From the IMG/VR virus record IMGVR_UViG_3300042566_001028, positions 14,281-78,280 of that record: DNA of 64,000 nucleotides. One strand, 5' to 3'. The notes beneath the pieces are model-generated. The model searched no databases. It saw only the letters and a list, made by a program, of their open reading frames with translations, and was not told where the DNA came from. Each line of letters starts with the position of its first letter. The first letter of the stretch is position 1. Source of the DNA: a virus. Lineage: Duplodnaviria; Caudoviricetes. Below are positions 56,952 through 64,000 of the stretch, one piece after another. The translations under genes were made by a program, and so were the position numbers.

Positions 56952-58235
56952 ATGAGAAATACACAAAGTAACAAAAAAGTTAAAACTACAAAAACAATGG
57001 TAAAAAGAACAACAACAAAAGTGAAAGACTTTACGGTAGGTTTCACAAACGAAATTTACAAAGTAATTCAAGTAGGTAGAACATTCGCAATGTTAACTAC
57101 AAACAATCAGCCGGTAACTAAGTTAGTCGGTGTAAGTAAGCAAACTATGAAAAAAGCAATGGATGAGAATAAAGCAATCCAAGCTTACATAGGTAAAACA
57201 GGTAAGTTATCCTACAAAATGGTAGAGATGGATGAGTTCAAAAAACATTCAGCTACTATATCGGATGAGGCGTGTGATTCAGTACAAGAAGCATTTGAGA
57301 CACATGACTTACTAAAAGAATTTATCCACACAAAGGGTAAGGACTTAAAACCAAACGGACTATTCATTGAAGAATTGAAGTGGAAGTATTTACTCCGTTC
57401 AGCAGTTAGAGGTAAGAATATCTTAATGACAGGTCCAACGGGTTGTGGTAAGACATTAGCTGCACAATCGTTAGTGAAGTCTTTGAAACGACCTGATTTC
57501 TATTTCAACTTAGGTGCTACACAAGATGCGAGAGCAACCTTAATCGGTAACACACATTTCAACAAAGAGAACGGAACATTCTTTAGTGAGTCTGCATTCG
57601 TTAAAGCAATCAAAACTCCTAACGCAATTATCTTATTGGATGAGTTGAGTAGAGCTCACCCAGAAGCTGCGAATATCCTTATGACAGTATTAGACGCAGG
57701 TCAAAGATACTTACGTTTGGATGAGGCAGAAGGTTCACCAATTATCAAAGTAGCATCGGGCGTGACGTTTATTGCGACGGCGAATATTGGTGGAGAGTAT
57801 ACTGCAACGAGAGTAATGGATAGAGCATTGATGGATAGATTCGTTCAAATCGAAATGGACTTATTAGACAAAGAGGGTGAACTTGCCTTATTGAAGTTTA
57901 AGTTCCCTGAAGCTGATGAGTATTCATTGAACGCATTAGCAGAGATTGCTGATACTACTCGTCAATTGATTAAGACTGACGCGAGTAAGATTTCAACTAT
58001 CGTTTCTACGAGGGTGAATGTGGAAGCAGCCGGACTTATCTATGATGGTTTCACATTGTTCGAAGCAGCAAACATTGCAATCTTACCTTATTTCAGTAAT
58101 GATGGTGGGTTAGATAGTGAGAGAGTATTTATGACTCAATTACTACAAAAATATATTAAGTCGGATGATGAATCTCAACTTTTCAATGAAGTGAAAGATG
58201 ATGAGACAACCGATGACGAAACTATCGTTTGGTAG
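56952..58235 (+). CDS. MoxR/CbbQ/CobS-like AAA+ ATPase
   Basis: GPTGCGKT, LLDELSRA, ATAN, DRALMDRF, STR. Confidence 0.92.
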   Translation: MRNTQSNKKVKTTKTMVKRTTTKVKDFTVGFTNEIYKVIQVGRTFAMLTTNNQPVTKLVGVSKQTMKKAMDENKAIQAYIGKTGKLSYKMVEMDEFKKHSATISDEACDSVQEAFETHDLLKEFIHTKGKDLKPNGLFIEELKWKYLLRSAVRGKNILMTGPTGCGKTLAAQSLVKSLKRPDFYFNLGATQDARATLIGNTHFNKENGTFFSESAFVKAIKTPNAIILLDELSRAHPEAANILMTVLDAGQRYLRLDEAEGSPIIKVASGVTFIATANIGGEYTATRVMDRALMDRFVQIEMDLLDKEGELALLKFKFPEADEYSLNALAEIADTTRQLIKTDASKISTIVSTRVNVEAAGLIYDGFTLFEAANIAILPYFSNDGGLDSERVFMTQLLQKYIKSDDESQLFNEVKDDETTDDETIVW

Positions 58236-58258
58236 TAGTTTTAATGGTGAGAACGAAA

Positions 58259-58292
58259 CGGGGATAGATTAAGTTCTATCCCCTATCGTTTT
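58259..58292 (+). terminator. possible intrinsic terminator
   Basis: GGGGATAGA/TCTATCCCC hairpin. Confidence 0.55.
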
Positions 58293-58320
58293 ATATGGAA
58301 TTTCGTAACAAAAAAATTAT

Positions 58321-58914
58321 ATGAGAGCAAAAGAAATAAGATTTATAAAGTGGGTTAAGAAACAATGCAAAGAACATGGTGTAAAGTGTGATTTACGCAA
58401 AGTGAAGTATTTGAAGTTAAGTGGTAATATTAGATGTAGTGGTTACTTTGATGAAGAATCTAAAGAATTGGTAGTTGCTATGAATAGTAATGATTCGTTG
58501 GGTGTAGTCGTACATGAATATTGTCACATGACACAATGGTTGGAAGGAGTGAAAGTATGGACTGATGGTTGTAAAGGTTTGGAGAAAGTTGAAGAATGGT
58601 TAGATGGTAAAAATGTAAGAGGTATCAAAACAGCGCTTGCCAAAAGTAGAGACTTGGAATTGGATAACGAAAAGAGGTCGGTTGCTTTAATGAAGAAGTG
58701 GGGTTTAAACATTGACATAGATGATTACATTAGAAAGGCAAATGCGTATGTAATGTTTTACAACTATATGTATCATTCTCGTAGGTGGTCAAATCCTAAT
58801 AACGCACCTTACACAAACCAAATGATTGTATCTAAAATGAGTAACAAATTTAATATGAGATACAAACAAATGAGTGAAAGATTATTAAAATTATATAAAG
58901 AACAAAGTATTTAA
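58321..58914 (+). CDS. zincin-like HExxH protein
   Basis: VHEYCH...LELDNE. Confidence 0.65.
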   Translation: MRAKEIRFIKWVKKQCKEHGVKCDLRKVKYLKLSGNIRCSGYFDEESKELVVAMNSNDSLGVVVHEYCHMTQWLEGVKVWTDGCKGLEKVEEWLDGKNVRGIKTALAKSRDLELDNEKRSVALMKKWGLNIDIDDYIRKANAYVMFYNYMYHSRRWSNPNNAPYTNQMIVSKMSNKFNMRYKQMSERLLKLYKEQSI

Positions 58915-58915
58915 A

Positions 58916-59179
58916 ATGAAAACATTTAACGACATAATATTCAAATCAAACCCAATGGGTGAAGAATATGGAATTGTAAGTAGAACTAAATTTGACAATG
59001 GGTATGAAGTATCAGTAGTGAAAAGTCAATACTCATATGGTGGTGATAAAGGATTGTATGAGTTAGCCGTTTTCAAAGATGGTGAGATATGTTACGATAC
59101 ACCAATTACGGATGACGTGATTGGTTATTTAAGACCAACGGATGTAACGGATGTAATGGAAAAAATACAAAAATTATAG
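58916..59179 (+). CDS. conserved phage hypothetical protein
   Basis: FDNGYEVSVV..SYGG..GLYELAV..DVIGYL. Confidence 0.75.
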   Translation: MKTFNDIIFKSNPMGEEYGIVSRTKFDNGYEVSVVKSQYSYGGDKGLYELAVFKDGEICYDTPITDDVIGYLRPTDVTDVMEKIQKL

Positions 59180-59180
59180 T

Positions 59181-59498
59181 ATGTTAACAATAAACAATAT
59201 AGAAAAAATATTATCAATCAATTCACAAAATATTGAAGTGATGGGTTGGGAATGTGAACCTGATTATTATCAATTTATATTTGAACATGATAATATTTAT
59301 TCAACCAATTTCAAAGTTCATATGAGTAGATATCCCGATAAAGGTGATAACGATTCATATAAAATGAAATTGTGGGATAATATAAATTCTACACCATTAG
59401 AATATAATTTTGGATTGCATGATATAAAAGACCCATTCACATTACTCAACTATTTGAAAGAGGTATTGTATGATTGGGATAATGTAACAAACAAATAA
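59181..59498 (+). CDS. hypothetical protein, MLTINNIEK family
   Basis: N-terminus shared with 60628, 60920 and 61278. Confidence 0.65.
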   Translation: MLTINNIEKILSINSQNIEVMGWECEPDYYQFIFEHDNIYSTNFKVHMSRYPDKGDNDSYKMKLWDNINSTPLEYNFGLHDIKDPFTLLNYLKEVLYDWDNVTNK

Positions 59499-59506
59499 AA
59501 TAGATT

Positions 59507-59743
59507 ATGGCACATATAATACAAATGAAACCCAAACCAATATTCATAATGAAGTTTCGTATGTCAATGGATGATTATGAATTTTCAAAATGTAAAGATA
59601 CATTGTTTAAGTCACCATTAGCAGATGACTATCATATTATAACATTGAGAAATAATAAAGATACGGATGAGTTTGAAATGTATAATGCAGATAAGATAGA
59701 AAGACAAGAATGGAACACAATAGTAAATAAATTAATGTTATGA
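59507..59743 (+). CDS. hypothetical protein
   Basis: ORF. Confidence 0.55.
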   Translation: MAHIIQMKPKPIFIMKFRMSMDDYEFSKCKDTLFKSPLADDYHIITLRNNKDTDEFEMYNADKIERQEWNTIVNKLML

Positions 59744-60261
59744 GAGGTAAAGCAATATTCATAGATATAGATGGCCCATTATCGTGGGGTAATTGGGGAG
59801 ATGGTAAAGTGAAAATAATGGAAGGAACGATGAATGAGTTTACAATACCTTACGCATGGGACAAAGCTGAGTGTGACGCATTAAGTGAAATCATAAAACA
59901 AACCGATGCAAGATTGGTAGTATCATCCGATTGGAGAAAGCATTTTGGTTTTATTCAGTTGAGTATGATATTTGAACATTATGGTATTGGTAGGTGGAAC
60001 TTATTAGATACTACAACACACTTTAACCCCCGTAAGAAAATGAGTTCATCGTTGGAATGGGATAGAGCATGTGAGATTGAAATGTGGGTTAAGTCATTCA
60101 AACCTACCAATTGGATTTCTATTGATGATATGCAATTAAACTTTGGATATAAGTCATTAGGCATTCCACAATGGAGGCATGTACAAGTTAATGGTGATTT
60201 TGGATATGGTGGTAAATTAAGAGATAAGGTTGATGAATGTATAACAAAATTAAATAGATAA
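59740..60261 (+). CDS. HAD phosphatase of the RNA-repair (Swiss-army-knife) type
   Basis: FIDIDGPL, LVVSSDWR, RACEI, WISIDD. Confidence 0.8.
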   Translation: MRGKAIFIDIDGPLSWGNWGDGKVKIMEGTMNEFTIPYAWDKAECDALSEIIKQTDARLVVSSDWRKHFGFIQLSMIFEHYGIGRWNLLDTTTHFNPRKKMSSSLEWDRACEIEMWVKSFKPTNWISIDDMQLNFGYKSLGIPQWRHVQVNGDFGYGGKLRDKVDECITKLNR

Positions 60262-60626
60262 TGAGAAAGATAACAAACAAAAGTCCGAATAGATTAATTG
60301 ATATGGAGTTTAATATTCCCGTATTCAACGCAGATACACAAATGTATGTTTGCACAGATGTTTCCGAAATAGCATCCTCACCGGGTGGTAAAGATTACAC
60401 TATTTCTTTAAGTGAAGTAAAACAAAACTATGCAGTTCCAGAAAGAATAAATATTGATATGTTTATACCGACTACGGATGCAAATGGTGAACCTGCACAT
60501 GTGATAATGAATGAAGTCCGCCCAAAAGGTGATGTTGTTTTGACAAAAGTAATGGTTACTAAATCAAAATTGAGTTCATTGGTAGGTCTTAAAGAAGTAT
60601 TTTATAACATGGCAAAAACAATGTAA
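60261..60626 (+). CDS. hypothetical protein
   Basis: ORF. Confidence 0.55.
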   Translation: MRKITNKSPNRLIDMEFNIPVFNADTQMYVCTDVSEIASSPGGKDYTISLSEVKQNYAVPERINIDMFIPTTDANGEPAHVIMNEVRPKGDVVLTKVMVTKSKLSSLVGLKEVFYNMAKTM

Positions 60627-60627
60627 T

Positions 60628-60918
60628 ATGTTAGTGATTAAAAATCCAAACGATATAACGGGAATGAATTTTATAGATGGTAGATTTACATTAAGAAATG
60701 TTGAAACCTATTATGAGAAGTATAGATTTGCATTTAAGGAAACCAGTAGATGGGTATATGTTGATGTATATAGATACCCAAAATGGGATAGTGAACAAAG
60801 TGTAAATATGTATAGAGTTGATAATGGTAAATTTGACAACCATTGGATATCAGCAAAGTGGTTTGGTATAATTAAGAATGCCAAATTAACATTTAATTCA
60901 GCATTAAAAGATTTATAA
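60628..60918 (+). CDS. hypothetical protein, MLTINNIEK family (diverged)
   Basis: MLVIKNPND. Confidence 0.6.
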   Translation: MLVIKNPNDITGMNFIDGRFTLRNVETYYEKYRFAFKETSRWVYVDVYRYPKWDSEQSVNMYRVDNGKFDNHWISAKWFGIIKNAKLTFNSALKDL

Positions 60919-60919
60919 T

Positions 60920-61276
60920 ATGTTAACAATAAAGAATATAGATAAGGTAATAAATATGATGTGTTATGGTAGAGACATTTATCATGTAAGAACTACAACA
61001 AATAAAGTGAATGAACAATCATATGTATTTGAATTTGACGCAATCCAAGACGGACAGGTTCCAAAAGGATTTAATAAATCACAAGAAGTTCATTTAGTTA
61101 GACATGTAGATGAAGATGGCAATTATAGATTGTTTCTTATGGGATTACAAATGACTACTCAAATTAAAATCAATCAATATACCATAAAGGATAAACAACA
61201 ATTGATACTAAAAATATCTAGTGTTTTAGCACAAGCAGAAAGATGGTGGGAACATTCAAACTTACAAAATAAATAA
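60920..61276 (+). CDS. hypothetical protein, MLTINNIEK family
   Basis: MLTIKNIDK. Confidence 0.65.
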   Translation: MLTIKNIDKVINMMCYGRDIYHVRTTTNKVNEQSYVFEFDAIQDGQVPKGFNKSQEVHLVRHVDEDGNYRLFLMGLQMTTQIKINQYTIKDKQQLILKISSVLAQAERWWEHSNLQNK

Positions 61277-61277
61277 T

Positions 61278-61607
61278 ATGTTAACAATAAACAATATAGA
61301 AAAATTAAACAACAAAACAATTGGTGCATGGAGAGTTGCAGGTGTAGAAATAGATTATCAAAGAACAAGTCTATCTCCGGAGCATAGTTATACTATTCGT
61401 TTAAGTAGAAGTGGTGATGCAAAAGGTGCAGCAATCATTATTGAAAGAGAAGCAGGCCAATTTGGTTACAATGTTTCGGTATGTTATGAAGATTACGATA
61501 ATGTAATTTCAATAAATGCAGTAGGTGAAAAAGAATTAAAAAATAAAGATGTTTTCCTTTCCCTGATGAGAGGAATTTTAGATGCAGAATACAATAAAAT
61601 AAAATAA
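61278..61607 (+). CDS. hypothetical protein, MLTINNIEK family
   Basis: MLTINNIEK. Confidence 0.65.
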   Translation: MLTINNIEKLNNKTIGAWRVAGVEIDYQRTSLSPEHSYTIRLSRSGDAKGAAIIIEREAGQFGYNVSVCYEDYDNVISINAVGEKELKNKDVFLSLMRGILDAEYNKIK

Positions 61608-61608
61608 T

Positions 61609-62721
61609 ATGAAATTTGAAACAATTTACAAAGCAACAAAAGGTGGAAAAACACAAGAGTGGACAATTGAAGTAGTGGGTAATAAATACCGAACTATATC
61701 AGGTCAAACGGATGGTAAAAAAATTACTAACGAATGGACGGTAGTGTATGGTAAAAATGAAGGTAGAGCAAACGCAACCACTGATAAGGAACAATGTATG
61801 AAAGAAGCAAACGCAAAGAGAATAAAAAAGTTAGAGAGTGGCTACTTTGAGGATATGAAAAACATTTATACGGAACAATACTTTGAACCTATGTTGGCGA
61901 GTAAGTGGGAGGATAGTAAAGATAAAATTACTTACCCAATATTCTCACAACCTAAATTGGATGGTATTAGATGTATCGTTACAAAGGATGGTATGTTTAG
62001 TCGTAATGGTAAACCAATCATTTCAGCACCACACATTAGAGAAAGTCTAAGTGAAGTATTTGAAGTATATCCTGAATTGATATTGGATGGTGAGTTATAT
62101 GCTGACAAATTTGCAAATGACTTTAATAAGATTGTATCGTTGGTAAAGAAAACAAAACCAACCGATGCGGACTTAAAAGAAAGTAAAAAGAATATTCAGT
62201 ATTGGATTTACGATATACCAAGTGAACATTACAATTTTGGTGAAAGATGTTATAGATTGGATGTATTGTTTGATAATTACTTAAAATCATTTGAAAAACA
62301 TTGTGTATTAGTTGAAACCGATACTTGTAACAATGAGAATGAAGTGATGGAATTGTATGGTGAATATGTGGATAAGGGATTTGAAGGTCAGATGTTACGA
62401 TTGGATAAAAAATATGAGAATAAGAGAAGTAAATCTTTAATGAAGCATAAGTCATTCGTAGATGAGGAATATACTATTTTGGATATTGTAGAGGGGGAAG
62501 GAAACCGAACAGGCACCGCTGGGTATATGGTATTTGAAACGATTGAAGGTAAACGATTCAAATCAAATGTAAAAGGTACTTGGGAAGAAACTGCCGAAAT
62601 GTTAAAGAGCAAAAAGAAGTTGATAGGTAAAGAAGCCACAATCAAATACTTTAATTTGACGCCGGATGGTATACCTCGTTTTCCGTATGTAGTGAATATT
62701 GATAGAGAAAGTTACGAATAG
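61609..62721 (+). CDS. ATP-dependent DNA ligase with WGR-like N-terminus
   Basis: PMLA, QPKLDGIRC, LDGELY, FEGQMLR, KRSKSLMKHK, PRFP. Confidence 0.94.
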   Translation: MKFETIYKATKGGKTQEWTIEVVGNKYRTISGQTDGKKITNEWTVVYGKNEGRANATTDKEQCMKEANAKRIKKLESGYFEDMKNIYTEQYFEPMLASKWEDSKDKITYPIFSQPKLDGIRCIVTKDGMFSRNGKPIISAPHIRESLSEVFEVYPELILDGELYADKFANDFNKIVSLVKKTKPTDADLKESKKNIQYWIYDIPSEHYNFGERCYRLDVLFDNYLKSFEKHCVLVETDTCNNENEVMELYGEYVDKGFEGQMLRLDKKYENKRSKSLMKHKSFVDEEYTILDIVEGEGNRTGTAGYMVFETIEGKRFKSNVKGTWEETAEMLKSKKKLIGKEATIKYFNLTPDGIPRFPYVVNIDRESYE

Positions 62722-62755
62722 TTATCATATAAGAAAAATTCATAATATATTTCTA

Positions 62756-62928
62756 AAACACCCCTTTTTATAACTTATTAGAAATCAATGAGTTATGAAT
62801 GGGGGTTTTTTCTATATATAACTCGTTGATATGGGTGCCTATATAACCAAAAATTCTTTATTAGAAATCAATGCGTTACATATGGCACTTTTTTACTATA
62901 CCATAACTCATTGATTATCAATGAACAA
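62756..62928. repeat. four copies of the 25-bp palindrome; the first sits inside a terminator-like hairpin
   Basis: copies at 62771, 62819 (half), 62854 and 62904; ACCCC/GGGGGT flanks plus T tract. Confidence 0.65.
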
Positions 62929-62942
62929 TCTTTTGTAAATAT

Positions 62943-62973
62943 TTTGCCACGTCCGTATATTGTCGTATCTTTG
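62943..62973 (+). promoter_or_regulatory. Bacteroidota sigma70 promoter
   Basis: TTTG-N19-TATCTTTG. Confidence 0.7.
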
Positions 62974-63020
62974 GTTATTGGGTTGAAAGACTACCTACAT
63001 ATATATAAAAAAATCATAAT

Positions 63021-63605
63021 ATGAGTGAAAGACAATCGCACGGTTTTAAATTTGAAACAAAGTGGTGTAAAGATAATAATGTTACATTGTGGTCTAACTA
63101 TGTTAAAAAATATGGTAATCCTAGCGGTTCATCATATACCTCAAAATGGGACGCAATTAATGAAAATGTAAAAGGTAAACATTATAAAGGTAAACCGATA
63201 CAATTAAAATGTATTGGTTTAAATAATGCTATTGAGTTAGGTGATATTTTTAGAAATGCTAACAAAGAAGAAAATTTTACATTAGTAGTTGGGTTTTGGT
63301 TGGGTAAAAAAACTAATATAGTTGAAGTTGTCGTATTAGATATTGATTATAAAAAGTGGAATAAATTATTTGAATGGAATCGATTTGATGAAGTGAAAGA
63401 TTGGATTAAAAATAAAGTTTCAAATGATAGAAGTTACGATAGTCAATGGAAAAAAGAAATGTCTTATTATAAAGAACAATGGGGTGAAGATAGAATAATT
63501 ACTCCTACCTTTAAAAGAGACCACAAAAAACAAAGAAGAATACAATGTCAAATAGGATATAATACCTTTATGACTGAATTAGTTAAAAATAAAATTTGTA
63601 AATAA
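63021..63605 (+). CDS. restriction-endonuclease-like PD-(D/E)XK protein
   Basis: QSHGFKFE...KWDA...IQLK...KQRRIQC. Confidence 0.5.
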   Translation: MSERQSHGFKFETKWCKDNNVTLWSNYVKKYGNPSGSSYTSKWDAINENVKGKHYKGKPIQLKCIGLNNAIELGDIFRNANKEENFTLVVGFWLGKKTNIVEVVVLDIDYKKWNKLFEWNRFDEVKDWIKNKVSNDRSYDSQWKKEMSYYKEQWGEDRIITPTFKRDHKKQRRIQCQIGYNTFMTELVKNKICK

Positions 63606-63606
63606 T

Positions 63607-64000
63607 ATGAGTATGAAATTCACAACAATCGGAAATGCTAAAAAGATAACAGGTTTATCTTATTTAGGTTCAGTCGCAAGTAGTTCAAAAATCGCTAAAG
63701 GGTTAAAGTATAACGAAATGACTTACATTTTGTATCTCGCTCCCGCTAGTCAATCGGGTTACAATGTTTGTCCAATGTCTACCGAAGAATGTAGAACGGC
63801 GTGTTTGACTGAAAGTGGACACAATCGTATTGATGTCAAAAAGAATAATATTAATAAAGCAAGGATTGCAAAAACTAAATTATTCTTTGAACATAGAAAT
63901 TTCTTTATGGGTTGGTTGGTAACTGAAATTGAGAAAGCTAAATATAACGCTGAACAATTAGGTTATCGTTTTTCAGTTCGTATTAATGGTACGAGTGATA
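63607..64000 (+). CDS. GP88-like Cys-rich protein (truncated by window end)
   Basis: YLAPA..NVCP.STEECRTACL..SG, VRINGTSD. Confidence 0.65.
   Translation, partial: MSMKFTTIGNAKKITGLSYLGSVASSSKIAKGLKYNEMTYILYLAPASQSGYNVCPMSTEECRTACLTESGHNRIDVKKNNINKARIAKTKLFFEHRNFFMGWLVTEIEKAKYNAEQLGYRFSVRINGTSD

Noticed and set aside
54257-62928. Palindromic repeats as a CRISPR array or IS ends
   Set aside because: The copies are degenerate, dispersed and intergenic, with no regular unique spacers and no transposase or integrase in the window.

Overview
A 64-kb, very AT-rich, gene-dense window with every credible gene on the + strand. It reads as part of a large (jumbo-type) tailed phage genome. About 16 copies of a TTTG-N19-20-TAnnTTTG-like promoter, the absence of Shine-Dalgarno motifs and several Bacteroidota-type genes (DUF4494, Hc1-like protein, Oar-type TonB receptor) point to a Bacteroidota host. 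In order, the window holds: (1) a T4-like replication module (PolB, clamp, clamp loader, dUTPase, Cas4-like nuclease); (2) a ~12-kb glycosylation/sulfation cluster; (3) iscU-ferredoxin-iscA, a TonB-dependent receptor and GroEL; (4) a GH19 endolysin and an R-S-E ADP-ribosyltransferase; (5) a ~13-kb cluster of secreted and outer-membrane proteins (cohesin/dockerin-like, C-type lectin, LCCL, CsgG-like, beta-barrels); (6) a ~4.2-kb RNA island with tmRNA, a GOLLD-like ~860-nt RNA, 15 conventional tRNAs, 2 aberrant tRNA-like genes and several unexplained structured RNAs; (7) heme oxygenase plus a bilin reductase, RNA-repair-type phosphoesterases, a vWA/MoxR pair and DNA ligase. The most striking observation is a 29-codon leader ORF with a complete 1:2 / 2:3 / 3:4 trp-style attenuator directly upstream of the main tRNA array, suggesting the phage turns on its tRNAs when ribosomes stall. 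All calls come from reading motifs by eye; no database searches or folding programs were run.
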